64,000 nucleotides of DNA, taken from Escherichia coli (lineage in GTDB: Bacteria; Pseudomonadota; Gammaproteobacteria; Enterobacterales; Enterobacteriaceae). Positions 26,383-40,399 of the stretch are shown here, one piece after another. The translations under genes and the position numbers were made by a program. The notes under the pieces are model-generated. The model worked only from the letters and a program-made list of their open reading frames with translations, was not told the origin of the DNA and did no database searches. Positions within the stretch are counted from its first letter, which is position 1. Every line of letters starts with the position of its first letter. The DNA is taken from assembly GCF_022846255.1 (NCBI RefSeq), contig NZ_AP025682.1; one strand, written 5' to 3'.

Positions 26383-27381
26383 ATGCGCAATCACAGAATT
26401 TCTTTACAGGATATCGCTACGCTGGCTGGCGTAACAAAAATGACCGTGAGTCGTTATATCCGCTCGCCGAAAAAGGTGGCAAAGGAAACAGGCGAGCGCA
26501 TCGCCAAAATTATGGAAGAGATCAATTATATCCCTAATCGCGCTCCCGGCATGTTGTTGAATGCACAAAGTTATACCCTCGGTATCTTGATTCCGTCATT
26601 TCAAAATCAACTCTTCGCTGACATTCTCGCGGGAATAGAATCCGTCACCTCTGTGCATAATTATCAGACCATTATTGCTAATTACAATTACGATCGCGAT
26701 TCCGAAGAAGAGTCGGTGATTAACCTGCTCTCTTATAACATTGACGGGATTATTCTTTCGGAAAAATATCACACCATCAGGACGGTGAAATTTCTGCGTT
26801 CAGCCACCATTCCGGTCGTGGAATTGATGGATGTACAGGGAGAACGGCTGGATATGGAGGTCGGTTTTGATAATCGGCAGGCTGCTTTTGACATGGTGTG
26901 TACCATGCTGGATAAGCGAGTCAGGCGCAAAATTCTGTATCTCGGTTCCAAAGATGACACCCGCGATGAACAGCGTTATCAGGGGTATTGCGATGCGATG
27001 ATGCTGCATAATCTTTCCCCATTACGCATGAATCCACGCGCCATCTCATCCATTCATTTAGGAATGCAGTTAATGCGTGATGCCCTTAGCGCAAACCCGG
27101 ATTTAGACGGTGTATTTTGCACCAATGACGATATTGCGATGGGTGCGCTTCTGCTGTGCCGCGAGCGAAACCTCGCCGTGCCAGAACAAATTTCCATTGC
27201 GGGTTTTCATGGGCTGGAGATTGGCAGGCAAATGATCCCAAGCCTCGCCAGCGTAATTACTCCCCGTTTTGATATTGGTCGGATGGCCGCCCAAATGTTG
27301 CTGAGCAAAATTAAGAATAACGATCACAACCACAACACTGTTGACCTCGGGTATCAGATTTATCACGGTAACACGCTTTAG
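26383..27381 (+). CDS. idnR: LacI-family regulator of the idn operon
   Basis: [30 protein letters not shown] chose the ATG at 26383 over the TTG-extended ORF. Confidence 0.9.
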   Translation: MRNHRISLQDIATLAGVTKMTVSRYIRSPKKVAKETGERIAKIMEEINYIPNRAPGMLLNAQSYTLGILIPSFQNQLFADILAGIESVTSVHNYQTIIANYNYDRDSEEESVINLLSYNIDGIILSEKYHTIRTVKFLRSATIPVVELMDVQGERLDMEVGFDNRQAAFDMVCTMLDKRVRRKILYLGSKDDTRDEQRYQGYCDAMMLHNLSPLRMNPRAISSIHLGMQLMRDALSANPDLDGVFCTNDDIAMGALLLCRERNLAVPEQISIAGFHGLEIGRQMIPSLASVITPRFDIGRMAAQMLLSKIKNNDHNHNTVDLGYQIYHGNTL

Positions 27382-27458
27382 GTTATTTTCTCTGCATTAC
27401 ACATATTCTCTTTGCCGGACGTTGCCTATACTCCAGGCAGGAAACTGGAGGAAATCTC

Positions 27459-28961
27459 ATGAGCGAACCCCTGTTAATTGCCCGCACGCCGGACACAGAA
27501 CTGTTTTTACTGCCGGGAATGGCTAACCGCCATGGGCTGATTACCGGCGCAACGGGGACGGGTAAAACCGTTACGCTGCAAAAACTGGCGGAGTCATTGT
27601 CGGAAATCGGCGTGCCTGTGTTTATGGCTGATGTGAAAGGTGATTTAACGGGAGTTGCGGAGGAAGGTACATCTTCGGAAAAACTGCTCGCAAGGCTTAA
27701 AAATATCGGCGTAAATGACTGGCAACCTCATACTAATCCGGTGGTGGTGTGGGATATCTTTGGCGAGAAAGGCCATCCGGTGCGGGCGACGGTTTCGGAT
27801 CTGGGGCCGCTGTTGCTGGCACGACTGTTGAATCTCAACGATGTGCAATCTGGCGTGCTGAATATCATTTTCCGCATTGCTGACGATCAGGGATTGTTGC
27901 TGCTCGACTTTAAAGATCTGCGGGCAATTACCCAGTACATCGGCGATAACGCCAAATCCTTCCAGAATCAGTACGGTAATATCAGTAGTGCATCGGTTGG
28001 TGCCATCCAGCGCGGGCTGTTGTCGCTGGAACAGCAAGGCGCAGCACACTTCTTTGGTGAGCCGATGCTGGATATCAAAGACTGGATGCGCACCGATGCC
28101 AACGGTAAAGGCGTTATCAATATCCTCAGCGCCGAGAAGCTCTACCAGATGCCGAAACTGTACGCCGCCAGCCTGCTGTGGATGCTTTCAGAGTTGTATG
28201 AACAATTGCCGGAAGCGGGCGATCTGGAGAAACCAAAACTGGTGTTTTTCTTCGACGAAGCGCATCTGCTGTTTAACGATGCACCGCAGGTACTGCTGGA
28301 TAAGATTGAGCAGGTGATAAGGCTTATTCGCTCAAAAGGCGTGGGCGTCTGGTTCGTTTCGCAAAACCCGTCAGATATCCCGGATAACGTGCTCGGGCAG
28401 CTCGGTAATCGCGTTCAACACGCTTTGCGTGCTTTTACGCCTAAAGATCAGAAAGCAGTGAAGGCAGCGGCGCAAACCATGCGGGCCAATCCAACATTTG
28501 ATACCGAAAAGGCAATCCAGGAACTGGGGACGGGCGAAGCGTTAATCTCGTTTCTCGATGCGAAAGGAAGCCCTTCAGTGGTGGAACGGGCGATGGTGAT
28601 TGCCCCCTGTTCACGAATGGGGCCGGTGACGGAAGATGAGCGCAATGGCTTGATTAACCACTCCCCGGTGTATGGCAAGTACGAGGATGACGTGGACCGG
28701 GAATCCGCCTATGAGATGTTGCAAAAAGGCTTTCAGGCCAGTATCGAGCAGCAAAATAATCCTCCCGCGAAAGGGAAAGAGGTGGCGGTGGATGACGGTA
28801 TTCTCGGTGGATTGAAGGATATTTTGTTTGGCACTACCGGACCACGCGGCGGGAAGAAAGATGGTGTGGTGCAAACAATGGCAAAAAGCGCCGCCCGCCA
28901 GGTGACGAATCAGATTGTGCGCGGGATGTTGGGGAGTTTGCTGGGGGGGAGAAGAAGGTAA
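27459..28961 (+). CDS. yjgR: P-loop NTPase of unknown function (DUF853 type)
   Basis: GATGTGKT Walker A, FFFDEAH Walker B, 500 aa, conserved position. Confidence 0.88.
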   Translation: MSEPLLIARTPDTELFLLPGMANRHGLITGATGTGKTVTLQKLAESLSEIGVPVFMADVKGDLTGVAEEGTSSEKLLARLKNIGVNDWQPHTNPVVVWDIFGEKGHPVRATVSDLGPLLLARLLNLNDVQSGVLNIIFRIADDQGLLLLDFKDLRAITQYIGDNAKSFQNQYGNISSASVGAIQRGLLSLEQQGAAHFFGEPMLDIKDWMRTDANGKGVINILSAEKLYQMPKLYAASLLWMLSELYEQLPEAGDLEKPKLVFFFDEAHLLFNDAPQVLLDKIEQVIRLIRSKGVGVWFVSQNPSDIPDNVLGQLGNRVQHALRAFTPKDQKAVKAAAQTMRANPTFDTEKAIQELGTGEALISFLDAKGSPSVVERAMVIAPCSRMGPVTEDERNGLINHSPVYGKYEDDVDRESAYEMLQKGFQASIEQQNNPPAKGKEVAVDDGILGGLKDILFGTTGPRGGKKDGVVQTMAKSAARQVTNQIVRGMLGSLLGGRRR

Positions 28962-28974
28962 GCCAGGTGCGATT

Positions 28975-29025
28975 TGTCTTTGCCTGATGCGACGCTGGCG
29001 CGCCGCATCAGGCCTACACTACTGC
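28975..29025. repeat. REP element
   Basis: TGCCTGATGCGACGCTGGCGCGCCGCATCAGGCCTAC imperfect palindrome. Confidence 0.75.
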
Positions 29026-29121
29026 AATATATTGAATTTTCATGATCTTTCAGGCATGAACGAAACACACTTTGCTAACAATAATAAAGGGAGCTTTCGC
29101 TCCCTTTATTCGTTCATTCGG

Positions 29122-30204
29122 TTACGATTTTCTCATTAACAGCCACAGGCTGATTAAGAAGAAGCTGGCACTTGGCAACAGTGCGCCGATGATCGGTGGG
29201 ATGCCGTAAACCAACGTCAGCGGGCCGAAGATCTGGTCCAGTACGTAGAAGACAAAACCGAAGCTAATACCAGTGACCACACGCACGCCCATCGGTACGC
29301 TACGCAGTGGGCCAAAGATGAACGACAGCGCCATCAGCATCATCACCGCCACGGATAGCGGCTGGAAGATTTTGCTCCACATGTTGAGCTGATAACGTCC
29401 GGCATCCTGACCGCTCGACTTCAGATACTTCACATAGTTGTGCAAACCGCTGATAGAGAGTGCATCCGGGTCCAGCGCCACCACGCCCAGTTTGTCTGGC
29501 GTGAGGTTGGTTTTCCAGGTGCCGCTCACCGTCTGCGAACCGGTGATCTGTTTCGGATTGGTCAAATCAGATTCATCAACCTGCGACAGACGCCAGACTT
29601 TATGTTCCGGGTCAAACTTCGCGGTAGCGGCATAGCGTACGGATTGCAGACGACGATTCTCGTTAAAGGCATAAATACTGATGCCACCTAACTCTTCGTC
29701 ACCTTTAACCCGCTCAATGTAGACGAAGTTGTTGCCATCTTTCGCCCATAAACCTTGCTGGGTAGAGAGCAACGAGCCGCCGTACATCGCCTGCGCACGG
29801 TAGTTACGCGCCATCTGCTCGCCCTGCGGCGCGACCCATTCACCAATCGCCATCGTCAGCAAGACCAGCGGAATGGCGGTTTTCATCACCGACAGCGCCA
29901 CCTGCATACGGGTAAAACCAGAAGCCTGCATCACCACCAGTTCGCTGCGCTGCGCCAGCATCCCAAGACCAAGCAACGCCCCAAGCAGAGCCGCCATCGG
30001 GAAGAAGATTTGCACATCTTTCGGCACGCTCAGCAAGGTATACATTCCTGCGCCTAACGCGTCGTAACTCCCCTGCCCGGCTTTTTTCAGCTGATCGACA
30101 AACTTGATAATGCCGGACAGCGACACCAGCATGAACAGCGTCATCATGATGGTGGTGAAAATAGTTTTACCGATATAGCGGTCAAGTACGCCAAAAGGTT
30201 GCAT
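29122..30204 (-). CDS. lptG: LPS export ABC permease LptG
   Basis: MQPFGVLDRYIGKTIF... Its ATG overlaps the lptF stop (TGATG). Confidence 0.93.
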   Translation of the reverse strand: MQPFGVLDRYIGKTIFTTIMMTLFMLVSLSGIIKFVDQLKKAGQGSYDALGAGMYTLLSVPKDVQIFFPMAALLGALLGLGMLAQRSELVVMQASGFTRMQVALSVMKTAIPLVLLTMAIGEWVAPQGEQMARNYRAQAMYGGSLLSTQQGLWAKDGNNFVYIERVKGDEELGGISIYAFNENRRLQSVRYAATAKFDPEHKVWRLSQVDESDLTNPKQITGSQTVSGTWKTNLTPDKLGVVALDPDALSISGLHNYVKYLKSSGQDAGRYQLNMWSKIFQPLSVAVMMLMALSFIFGPLRSVPMGVRVVTGISFGFVFYVLDQIFGPLTLVYGIPPIIGALLPSASFFLISLWLLMRKS

Positions 30205-31304
30205 CACACCGCTCCTTTACGCGAAAAACTGGCGCGCAGGCGGCGGACCGGCACGGTGTCCCAAAGGTTGAGAACAATCGCCAAAGCCAGATAAATCAGG
30301 TTAACGGTCCACATCCACAGCGTCGGGTCCAGCTTACCTTTACCGCCGTTCGATTTCAGGGAGGTCTGGATCAGGAAGAACAACAGATACAGCAGCATGG
30401 CTGGCAGCATCGACAGTACGCGCCCCTGACGCGGGTTAACCACGCTCAGCGGTACGACCATAAGTGCCATCATAAACACGGTGAACACCAACGTGATACG
30501 CCAGTTCAGTTCTGCGCGAGCACGATCGGTGTCAGTGTTCCACAATGTGCGCATGTCCATCTGGTCGGTATCGTTCGGGTCGAGCGCCACCGCCTGGTGA
30601 CCAATGATCGCCTGATAATCCTGGAAATCCGTAATGCGGAAATCACGTAACAGTGCAGTGCCTTCGAAGCGCGTTCCCTGGTTGAGAGTGACGACCTGGG
30701 AGCCGTCGCGCAGCTGGGTTAAATGTCCGGAATCGGCCACCACCACAGAAGGTCGTGCATTACCTTTTGGTCGAATTTGCGCGAGGAACACATCTTTGAA
30801 ATCGCTGCCGTCAACGCTTTCGATGAACAGCACCGAGCTGCCATTAGTCGCTTGCTGGAATTGCCCTTGCGCCAGCGCCGCCATGCCAGGGTTCGCTTTC
30901 GCTTCTGCTAACACTTCATCCTGATGACGCGATGACCATGGTCCCGCCCACATCACGTTAACCGCCGCGACGATTGCCGTGAACACCGCAAGGATCATTG
31001 CCGCTTTCACCAGCACCGCTTTGCTCAGACCGCAGGCATGCATTACCGTAATTTCACTTTCGGTATACAGTTTGCCCAGCGTCATCAGCAGCCCGAGGAA
31101 CAGGCTTAATGGCAGGATAAGCTGCGCCATTTCCGGCACGCCCAACCCGAGAAGGGAGAGCACCAGGTTCGCCGGAATATCGCCGTCAACCGCTGCGCCG
31201 AGGATCCTCACTAACTTTTGACAGAAGAAGATCAAAAGCAAGATGAAGAGTATCGCCAGCTGGCTTTTGAGCGTCTCCCGCACCAGATATCTTATGATTA
31301 TCAC
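30204..31304 (-). CDS. lptF: LPS export ABC permease LptF
   Basis: MIIIRYLVRETLKSQLAILF..., 366 aa, divergent from pepA. Confidence 0.93.
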   Translation of the reverse strand: MIIIRYLVRETLKSQLAILFILLLIFFCQKLVRILGAAVDGDIPANLVLSLLGLGVPEMAQLILPLSLFLGLLMTLGKLYTESEITVMHACGLSKAVLVKAAMILAVFTAIVAAVNVMWAGPWSSRHQDEVLAEAKANPGMAALAQGQFQQATNGSSVLFIESVDGSDFKDVFLAQIRPKGNARPSVVVADSGHLTQLRDGSQVVTLNQGTRFEGTALLRDFRITDFQDYQAIIGHQAVALDPNDTDQMDMRTLWNTDTDRARAELNWRITLVFTVFMMALMVVPLSVVNPRQGRVLSMLPAMLLYLLFFLIQTSLKSNGGKGKLDPTLWMWTVNLIYLALAIVLNLWDTVPVRRLRASFSRKGAV

Positions 31305-31567
31305 TTTAAATACGCCCGTAAAAACTCGTCTTTTGCAGGATTTTAGCTTGTTTCATGGCTTAAACGTCATTTATTCTCTTGAGTCGTCGAAATCGTCGCT
31401 AAGATAATTATACTCAACGGATTCACCTCTCAGATTTTGTTCTGACGTGCCAATGCCGTAATAACGTTAAGATTAACACGAAGTCATCGCAACAGCGGAC
31501 ATGAGTTACGAAAGCTTGCAATTCTATCTGTAGCCACCGCCGTTGTCTTTAAGATTCAGGAGCGTAG

Positions 31568-33082
<1,515 letters not shown>

Positions 33083-33089
33083 TTGCATC

Positions 33090-33295
33090 AGGCTGTGTTG
33101 TTATTGTCGGATGCGGCGTGAACGCCTTATCCAACCTACACAGCACTGAACTCGTAGGCCTGATAAGACGCGACAGCGTCGCATCAGGCAAGGCTGTTAT
33201 TGTCGGATGCGACGTGAACGCCTTATCCGACCTACACACAGCACTTAACTTGTAGGCCTGATAAGACGCGGCAGCGTCGCATCAGGCGCTGCGGT
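33090..33295. repeat. BIME cluster: four REP units forming an ~95-bp imperfect tandem duplication
   Basis: GTCGGATGCG[G/A]CGTGAACGCCTTATCC...GTAGGCCTGATAAGACGCG.CAGCGTCGCATCAGGC occurs twice. Confidence 0.85.
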
Positions 33296-33339
33296 GTATA
33301 CCTGATGCGTATTTAAATCCACCACAAGAAGCCCCATAT

Positions 33340-33783
33340 ATGAAAAACGCAACGTTCTACCTTCTGGACAATGACACCACCGTCGATGGCTTAAGCGCCG
33401 TTGAGCAGTTGGTGTGTGAAATTGCCGCAGAACGTTGGCGCAGTGGTAAGCGCGTACTCATCGCCTGTGAAGATGAAAAGCAGGCTTACCGACTGGATGA
33501 AGCCCTGTGGGCGCGTCCGGCAGAAAGCTTTGTTCCGCATAATTTAGCGGGAGAAGGACCGCGCGGCGGTGCGCCGGTGGAGATCGCCTGGCCGCAAAAG
33601 CGCAGCAGCAGCCCGCGCGATATATTGATTAGTCTGCGAACAAGCTTTGCAGATTTTGCCACCGCTTTCACAGAAGTGGTAGACTTCGTTCCTTATGAAG
33701 ATTCTCTGAAACAACTGGCGCGCGAACGCTATAAAGCCTACCGCGTGGCTGGTTTCAACCTGAATACGGCAACCTGGAAATAA
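33340..33783 (+). CDS. holC: DNA polymerase III chi subunit
   Basis: [43 protein letters not shown]..., 147 aa. The stop overlaps the valS start. Confidence 0.93.
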   Translation: MKNATFYLLDNDTTVDGLSAVEQLVCEIAAERWRSGKRVLIACEDEKQAYRLDEALWARPAESFVPHNLAGEGPRGGAPVEIAWPQKRSSSPRDILISLRTSFADFATAFTEVVDFVPYEDSLKQLARERYKAYRVAGFNLNTATWK

Positions 33784-36638
33784 TGGAAAAGACATATAAC
33801 CCACAAGATATCGAACAGCCGCTTTACGAGCACTGGGAAAAGCAGGGCTACTTTAAGCCTAATGGCGATGAAAGCCAGGAAAGTTTCTGCATCATGATCC
33901 CGCCGCCGAACGTCACCGGCAGTTTGCATATGGGTCACGCCTTCCAGCAAACCATCATGGATACCATGATCCGCTATCAGCGCATGCAGGGCAAAAACAC
34001 CCTGTGGCAGGTCGGTACTGACCACGCCGGGATCGCTACCCAGATGGTCGTTGAGCGCAAGATTGCCGCAGAAGAAGGTAAAACCCGTCACGACTACGGC
34101 CGCGAAGCTTTCATCGACAAAATCTGGGAATGGAAAGCGGAATCCGGCGGCACCATTACCCGTCAGATGCGCCGTCTCGGCAACTCCGTCGACTGGGAGC
34201 GTGAACGCTTCACCATGGACGAAGGCCTGTCCAATGCGGTGAAAGAAGTTTTCGTTCGTCTGTATAAAGAAGACCTGATTTACCGTGGCAAACGCCTGGT
34301 AAACTGGGACCCGAAACTGCGCACCGCTATCTCCGACCTGGAAGTGGAAAACCGCGAATCGAAAGGTTCGATGTGGCACATCCGCTATCCGCTGGCTGAC
34401 GGCGCGAAAACCGCAGACGGTAAAGATTATCTGGTGGTTGCGACTACCCGTCCGGAAACTCTGCTGGGCGATACTGGCGTGGCCGTTAACCCGGAAGATC
34501 CGCGTTATAAAGATCTGATTGGCAAATATGTCATTCTGCCGCTGGTTAACCGTCGTATTCCGATCGTTGGCGACGAACACGCCGACATGGAAAAAGGCAC
34601 CGGCTGCGTGAAGATCACCCCAGCGCACGACTTTAACGACTATGAAGTCGGTAAACGTCACGCCCTGCCGATGATCAACATCCTGACCTTTGACGGCGAT
34701 ATCCGTGAAAGCGCCCAGGTGTTCGATACCAAAGGTAACGAATCTGACGTTTATTCTAGCGAAATCCCGGCAGAGTTCCAGAAACTGGAGCGTTTTGCTG
34801 CACGTAAAGCCGTCGTTGCTGCGGTTGACGCGCTCGGCCTGCTGGAAGAAATTAAACCGCACGACCTGACCGTTCCTTACGGCGACCGTGGCGGCGTGGT
34901 TATCGAACCGATGCTGACCGACCAGTGGTACGTTCGTGCCGATGTACTGGCGAAACCGGCAGTTGAAGCGGTTGAGAATGGCGACATTCAGTTCGTACCG
35001 AAGCAATACGAAAACATGTATTTCTCCTGGATGCGCGATATTCAGGACTGGTGTATCTCTCGTCAGCTATGGTGGGGTCACCGTATCCCGGCATGGTATG
35101 ACGAAGCGGGTAATGTTTATGTTGGCCGCAACGAAGACGAAGTGCGTAAAGAAAATAACCTCGGTGCTGATGTTGCGCTGCGTCAGGATGAAGACGTTCT
35201 CGACACCTGGTTCTCCTCCGCGCTGTGGACTTTCTCTACACTCGGCTGGCCGGAAAACACCGACGCACTGCGCCAGTTCCACCCAACCAGCGTGATGGTA
35301 TCTGGTTTTGACATCATCTTCTTCTGGATTGCCCGCATGATCATGATGACCATGCACTTCATCAAAGATGAAAATGGCAAACCGCAGGTGCCGTTCCACA
35401 CCGTTTACATGACCGGCCTGATTCGTGATGACGAAGGCCAGAAGATGTCCAAATCCAAAGGTAACGTGATTGACCCACTGGATATGGTTGACGGTATTTC
35501 GCTGCCGGAACTGCTGGAAAAACGTACCGGCAATATGATGCAGCCGCAGCTGGCGGACAAAATCCGTAAGCGCACCGAGAAGCAGTTCCCGAACGGCATT
35601 GAGCCGCACGGTACTGACGCGCTGCGCTTCACCCTGGCGGCGCTGGCTTCTACCGGTCGTGACATCAACTGGGATATGAAGCGTCTGGAAGGCTACCGTA
35701 ACTTCTGTAACAAGCTGTGGAACGCCAGCCGTTTTGTGCTGATGAACACGGAAGGTCAGGATTGCGGCTTCAACGGCGGTGAAATGACGCTGTCGCTGGC
35801 GGATCGCTGGATTCTGGCGGAGTTCAACCAGACCATCAAAGCGTACCGCGAAGCGCTGGACAGCTTCCGCTTCGATATCGCCGCAGGCATTCTGTATGAA
35901 TTCACCTGGAACCAGTTCTGTGACTGGTATCTGGAGCTGACCAAGCCGGTAATGAACGGTGGAACAGAAGCCGAACTGCGCGGTACTCGCCATACGCTGG
36001 TGACTGTACTGGAAGGTCTGCTGCGCCTCGCGCATCCGATCATTCCGTTCATCACCGAAACCATCTGGCAGCGTGTGAAAGTACTTTGCGGTATCACTGC
36101 CGACACCATCATGCTGCAGCCGTTCCCGCAGTACGATGCGTCTCAGGTTGATGAAGCGGCACTGGCCGACACCGAGTGGCTGAAACAGGCGATCGTTGCT
36201 GTACGTAACATCCGTGCAGAAATGAACATCGCGCCGGGTAAACCGCTGGAGCTGCTGCTGCGTGGTTGCAGCGCGGATGCAGAACGTCGCGTAAATGAAA
36301 ACCGCGGCTTCCTGCAAACGCTGGCGCGTCTGGAAAGCATCACCGTGCTGCCTGCTGATGATAAAGGTCCGGTTTCCGTTACAAAGATCGTCGACGGCGC
36401 AGAACTGCTGATCCCGATGGCAGGCCTCATCAACAAAGAAGATGAGCTGGCACGTCTGGCGAAAGAAGTAGCGAAGATCGAAGGCGAAATCAGCCGTATT
36501 GAGAACAAGCTGGCGAACGAAGGCTTTGTCGCCCGCGCACCGGAAGCGGTCATCGCGAAAGAGCGTGAGAAGCTGGAAGGCTACGCAGAAGCGAAAGCGA
36601 AGCTGATTGAACAGCAGGCTGTTATCGCCGCGCTGTAA
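33783..36638 (+). CDS. valS: valyl-tRNA synthetase
   Basis: Class I motifs [11 protein letters not shown] and KMSKS, 951 aa, C-terminal coiled coil. Confidence 0.97.
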   Translation: MEKTYNPQDIEQPLYEHWEKQGYFKPNGDESQESFCIMIPPPNVTGSLHMGHAFQQTIMDTMIRYQRMQGKNTLWQVGTDHAGIATQMVVERKIAAEEGKTRHDYGREAFIDKIWEWKAESGGTITRQMRRLGNSVDWERERFTMDEGLSNAVKEVFVRLYKEDLIYRGKRLVNWDPKLRTAISDLEVENRESKGSMWHIRYPLADGAKTADGKDYLVVATTRPETLLGDTGVAVNPEDPRYKDLIGKYVILPLVNRRIPIVGDEHADMEKGTGCVKITPAHDFNDYEVGKRHALPMINILTFDGDIRESAQVFDTKGNESDVYSSEIPAEFQKLERFAARKAVVAAVDALGLLEEIKPHDLTVPYGDRGGVVIEPMLTDQWYVRADVLAKPAVEAVENGDIQFVPKQYENMYFSWMRDIQDWCISRQLWWGHRIPAWYDEAGNVYVGRNEDEVRKENNLGADVALRQDEDVLDTWFSSALWTFSTLGWPENTDALRQFHPTSVMVSGFDIIFFWIARMIMMTMHFIKDENGKPQVPFHTVYMTGLIRDDEGQKMSKSKGNVIDPLDMVDGISLPELLEKRTGNMMQPQLADKIRKRTEKQFPNGIEPHGTDALRFTLAALASTGRDINWDMKRLEGYRNFCNKLWNASRFVLMNTEGQDCGFNGGEMTLSLADRWILAEFNQTIKAYREALDSFRFDIAAGILYEFTWNQFCDWYLELTKPVMNGGTEAELRGTRHTLVTVLEGLLRLAHPIIPFITETIWQRVKVLCGITADTIMLQPFPQYDASQVDEAALADTEWLKQAIVAVRNIRAEMNIAPGKPLELLLRGCSADAERRVNENRGFLQTLARLESITVLPADDKGPVSVTKIVDGAELLIPMAGLINKEDELARLAKEVAKIEGEISRIENKLANEGFVARAPEAVIAKEREKLEGYAEAKAKLIEQQAVIAAL

Positions 36639-36655
36639 TACTCATAGTGAAAACG

Positions 36656-36684
36656 AAGGCCGGAGCATGCTCCGGCCTTTTTAT
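36656..36684. terminator. bidirectional rho-independent terminator between valS and yjgN
   Basis: AAGGCCGGAGCATGCTCCGGCCTT palindrome flanked by an A-run and a T-run. Confidence 0.8.
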
Positions 36685-37872
36685 TTAGATAAACGGAACA
36701 TACGGCATAATACCGCGAGATATCCACATTAACGAACCGCTATCCTGCGGTTTGTCATCATTGGTTAACTCCAGCGAATCAAGGTCGCCCTGGACATGGG
36801 TATTGTTAGCAATCCAGCTAACCATCCACATTTTCAGCCAGGGATAAGCCAGACCACAGGTAATTGAGGACCCCATTAATACCGCCAACATGCGCAGAAG
36901 CATACCGATCGCGGTAACAGATGAATGAAAACGAATTGTCCCATTTGCCAGCGTCAGATTATTCAAAAACAGATTGCGTAACGTGACATAGAGATAACTG
37001 GCAAAAACAAGGATCGCGACAAAATACAGGAAATAAGAAGCCATAATCTGCGGGTAATATTGTAATACAAACTCACTGCCAGCATCAGACCTACCCAACA
37101 TGGTCATCATCATTAACTGCTGGAATACTGGTGCGATCATAATACCAATCACAATGATGAAAGGAACCATGGTTAATATTGCGAGCATGCAACCTTTAAT
37201 GCATTCTTTTACGTTTACCTGAATAGAAAACTTATGAATGCCAAAAGTTGCATTATTACCCAGCAATGGCATCCATTTACTATAGGTTATACCATGGACA
37301 ACACCTAGCCCGATGGCAGAAAGCAAACTTAATGCGACTAAGTTAAAGAATAAGCCTCCTATCGATGTCGTCACTTGCGCAATAAGATACAGTGCGAACC
37401 AAAAAACTAACGCCAACAGAACAGGCAGTCCTAGCATAACCCACCATGCACGCATCATTGAGCAGTTAAAGCCAAAGCGAATGTCATTCAGTGAGGTCAT
37501 GTTCGCCTGATACTGCAGACTCTTCACTGCCATACAAGGAATACCGCAGATCAAGAGAGCAAACAGGAATAAACCGAGCGCAAAGTGTTGACCTGCAAAA
37601 CAAGAAATACTGAGAAGATAAACCACCACAATAAGTAACATGCTAACAAAAATGGCACCACCTGTTCCCTTATAACTAAATGGTTGCCCCTTGAGTGTCA
37701 CATGTTGATAAATATAACGACGGCATTTTATCAATGCCCACGGTCCATATATTCCCAGAGTAATAATTGTCAGTAAAAAATTCACAAGACAAATAAGAAA
37801 ATACTCACCACCTTTGCCTGTGAAAACAAACGAGTGCCGAGAATTATCTTTCCCGATGTTTACATCATTCAT
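36685..37872 (-). CDS. yjgN: inner membrane protein (DUF898 type)
   Basis: Polytopic 395-aa membrane ORF in the conserved position after valS. Confidence 0.8.
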   Translation of the reverse strand: MNDVNIGKDNSRHSFVFTGKGGEYFLICLVNFLLTIITLGIYGPWALIKCRRYIYQHVTLKGQPFSYKGTGGAIFVSMLLIVVVYLLSISCFAGQHFALGLFLFALLICGIPCMAVKSLQYQANMTSLNDIRFGFNCSMMRAWWVMLGLPVLLALVFWFALYLIAQVTTSIGGLFFNLVALSLLSAIGLGVVHGITYSKWMPLLGNNATFGIHKFSIQVNVKECIKGCMLAILTMVPFIIVIGIMIAPVFQQLMMMTMLGRSDAGSEFVLQYYPQIMASYFLYFVAILVFASYLYVTLRNLFLNNLTLANGTIRFHSSVTAIGMLLRMLAVLMGSSITCGLAYPWLKMWMVSWIANNTHVQGDLDSLELTNDDKPQDSGSLMWISRGIMPYVPFI

Positions 37873-38064
37873 GAACTATATCCCTAAAATAAATTCCATT
37901 CATACCAATAATAATTCCAGTCAATTGATACTGGTTCGCCTAGAATACGCTTTATCTCAGAGAGATATGCTTAATATTTTCTGATTTATCTTCTTCTTGC
38001 ACCACCTAAGCGAGGGTGGTATTAAAGTGAGCTATAAATCATACATTTGAAATTGAGCTATGCT

Positions 38065-38568
38065 ATGAATGTTGTCGCTTCTCCCGCACTCCGTTTGCGC
38101 AAACTTACCGTCGCCGATAATCCTGCTATCGCCCACGTCATTCGTCAGGTATCCGCCGAATACGGTCTTACCGCTGATAAAGGCTACACCGTCGCCGATC
38201 CGAACCTTGACGAGCTGTATCAAGTGTATAGTCAGCCTGGCCACGCATATTGGGTGGTTGAGTACGAGGGTGAAGTGGTCGGCGGCGGTGGGATTGCGCC
38301 ATTAACCGGGAGTGAGTCAGACATTTGCGAACTGCAAAAGATGTATTTTCTTCCGGCTATCCGCGGCAAAGGGCTGGCAAAAAAACTGGCCTTAATGGCA
38401 ATGGAGCAGGCGCGAGAAATGGGCTTCAAACGCTGCTATCTGGAAACGACCGCTTTTTTAAAGGAAGCTATTGCGCTTTATGAGCATTTGGGCTTTGAGC
38501 ATATCGACTATGCGCTTGGCTGCACGGGTCATGTTGATTGTGAAGTGCGAATGCTACGCAAACTTTGA
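38065..38568 (+). CDS. yjgM: GNAT-family acetyltransferase
   Basis: The Q/RxxGxG/A-type motif [13 protein letters not shown] is present. I chose the ATG at 38065 (167 aa) over the TTG extension. Confidence 0.85.
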   Translation: MNVVASPALRLRKLTVADNPAIAHVIRQVSAEYGLTADKGYTVADPNLDELYQVYSQPGHAYWVVEYEGEVVGGGGIAPLTGSESDICELQKMYFLPAIRGKGLAKKLALMAMEQAREMGFKRCYLETTAFLKEAIALYEHLGFEHIDYALGCTGHVDCEVRMLRKL

Positions 38569-38624
38569 AAAAATGCCCGCGAGCTTAGACTCGCGGGCAT
38601 TCGAACATTAACCACGTACTTTTT

Positions 38625-38730
38625 GAGTATGCTGGATGTGACGTAAATGCCTTATCCGGGCTACAAATTCACCAGGTTGCAGGAACTACCTGGGCCTGAT
38701 ATGCGTAGCGCATCAGGTAACGCAGCCTTT
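38625..38730. repeat. REP elements
   Basis: GATGTGACGTAAATGCCTTATCCGGGCTAC ... GGCCTGATATGCGTAGCGCATCAGG. Confidence 0.7.
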
Positions 38731-38745
38731 GTCGTCAACGCTTAA

Positions 38746-39162
38746 TTAGTGACGAATACCGTCATCGTCTTCATCGACAAAATCTTCATCGTCGCCGTCT
38801 TCGCCGTTAGGATCTTCAAAGTAAGTGCCCCAACCATCGTACTCAACGTCAAATTTCTCCGCCAGCGTCATCAGTTGTTCAACCTGGGCATCGATCAGTT
38901 CGGCGTTCAACGCACACTCGCTGAGGATGTCGCAGCAAATCACGATATCACCATCTTCAACTTCCAGCTCTTCTGGATCGGTCACTTCGTAACCGAGTTT
39001 AAACGCTTCAACTGCTGCTTTTTCCAGGGTTTCCAGATCGTCTGCGGAAAGATGGTGTTCGATGGTGTACAGCGCGTCCGGATCGCTGCCATCTTCCAGT
39101 AATTCTTCAATAATCAAACGTGTTTCTTCACGCTGTTCTTCCAGTTGTTCCGGGTTTGCCAT
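38746..39162 (-). CDS. rraB: RNase E regulator RraB
   Basis: [37 protein letters not shown]..., acidic 138-aa protein. Confidence 0.92.
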   Translation of the reverse strand: MANPEQLEEQREETRLIIEELLEDGSDPDALYTIEHHLSADDLETLEKAAVEAFKLGYEVTDPEELEVEDGDIVICCDILSECALNAELIDAQVEQLMTLAEKFDVEYDGWGTYFEDPNGEDGDDEDFVDEDDDGIRH

Positions 39163-39259
39163 GGCTTATTCCTCTTAATGTCCTGCCGATACTCTTATTG
39201 TCACACACCACTGACATTGCCTCCACCTTTGTGACAAAGATTTATGCTTTAGACTTGCA

Positions 39260-39298
39260 AATGAATAATCATCCATATAAATTGAATTTTAATTCATT
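39260..39298. promoter_or_regulatory. tandem ARG boxes (ArgR operator) overlapping the argI promoter
   Basis: AATGAATAATCATCCATA and AATTGAATTTTAATTCAT, separated by 2 bp, both matching the TNTGAATWWWWATTCANW pattern. Confidence 0.8.
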
Positions 39299-39323
39299 AA
39301 GGCGTTAGCCACAGGAGGGATCT

Positions 39324-40328
39324 ATGTCCGGGTTTTATCATAAGCATTTCCTGAAATTACTCGATTTCACGCCAGCTGAACTCAACAGCTTGTTGCAGTT
39401 AGCCGCGAAGCTGAAAGCCGATAAGAAAAGCGGTAAAGAAGAAGCCAGACTCACTGGCAAAAACATCGCGCTCATCTTCGAAAAAGACTCGACCCGTACC
39501 CGATGCTCTTTCGAAGTTGCCGCATATGACCAGGGTGCTCGCGTTACTTATCTCGGCCCAAGCGGCAGCCAGATTGGTCACAAAGAGTCGATTAAAGACA
39601 CTGCCCGCGTGCTTGGTCGCATGTATGACGGTATTCAGTATCGCGGCTATGGTCAGGAGATTGTCGAAACACTGGCGGAATACGCTGGCGTGCCAGTATG
39701 GAACGGCTTGACCAATGAGTTCCACCCCACGCAGCTGCTGGCGGATCTCCTCACCATGCAGGAGCATTTGCCCGGCAAAGCATTCAACGAAATGACGCTG
39801 GTCTATGCAGGTGACGCGCGTAACAACATGGGCAATTCGATGCTCGAAGCTGCAGCGCTTACCGGTCTGGATTTGCGTCTGGTCGCGCCACAGGCATGCT
39901 GGCCGGAAGCTGCGCTGGTTACGGAATGCCGCGCCCTGGCACAACAAAATGGCGGGAATATTACGCTGACGGAAGATGTAGCTAAAGGAGTTGAAGGTGC
40001 TGACTTTATCTATACCGATGTATGGGTGTCGATGGGTGAAGCAAAAGAGAAATGGGCTGAACGCATTGCATTGCTGCGTGATTATCAAGTGAACAGCAAG
40101 ATGATGCAGTTGACCGGTAACCCGGAGGTCAAATTCCTCCACTGCCTGCCCGCGTTTCATGACGACCAAACGACGCTTGGCAAAAAAATGGCGAAAGAGT
40201 TTGGCCTACATGGCGGAATGGAAGTGACTGATGAGGTCTTCGAATCTGCCGCCAGCATTGTATTTGATCAGGCGGAAAACCGCATGCATACCATCAAAGC
40301 GGTGATGGTCGCGACGCTCAGTAAATAA
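39324..40328 (+). CDS. argI: ornithine carbamoyltransferase
   Basis: STRTR and HPTQ, HCLP motifs, 334 aa. Confidence 0.95.
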   Translation: MSGFYHKHFLKLLDFTPAELNSLLQLAAKLKADKKSGKEEARLTGKNIALIFEKDSTRTRCSFEVAAYDQGARVTYLGPSGSQIGHKESIKDTARVLGRMYDGIQYRGYGQEIVETLAEYAGVPVWNGLTNEFHPTQLLADLLTMQEHLPGKAFNEMTLVYAGDARNNMGNSMLEAAALTGLDLRLVAPQACWPEAALVTECRALAQQNGGNITLTEDVAKGVEGADFIYTDVWVSMGEAKEKWAERIALLRDYQVNSKMMQLTGNPEVKFLHCLPAFHDDQTTLGKKMAKEFGLHGGMEVTDEVFESAASIVFDQAENRMHTIKAVMVATLSK

Positions 40329-40399
40329 TTGATATCGCTATAAAGATGCCGGGAAATACAAAAACATCCCGGCGTCACATTATTTTATGCAGTGATAGT

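Noticed and set aside
24978-26390. 188-aa and 253-aa minus-strand ORFs over idnT, and similar antisense ORFs over ahr (21472-22086), mpl (60734-61465), argI (39399-40169), fbp (61917-62435) and yjfF (63506-63952)
   Set aside because: All are nested antisense to well-identified conserved genes, and their sequences have no recognisable motifs.
33090-33295. Regularly spaced repeats after pepA (and at 47.0, 57.0, 60.3 kb) considered as a possible CRISPR array
   Set aside because: The units are the classic imperfect-palindromic REP/BIME sequences (GCCGGATGCG...CGCATCAGGC) in alternating orientation. There are no unique spacers of constant length, and no leader or cas genes.
33738-36317. Two very long minus-strand ORFs (422 aa and 416 aa) inside valS
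   Set aside because: They lie entirely antisense to a gene with unmistakable ValRS motifs (HIGH-type, KMSKS). Their translations are low-complexity and Arg/Val/Phe-rich, as expected for the shadow frame of a GC-biased gene. No SD or promoter context.
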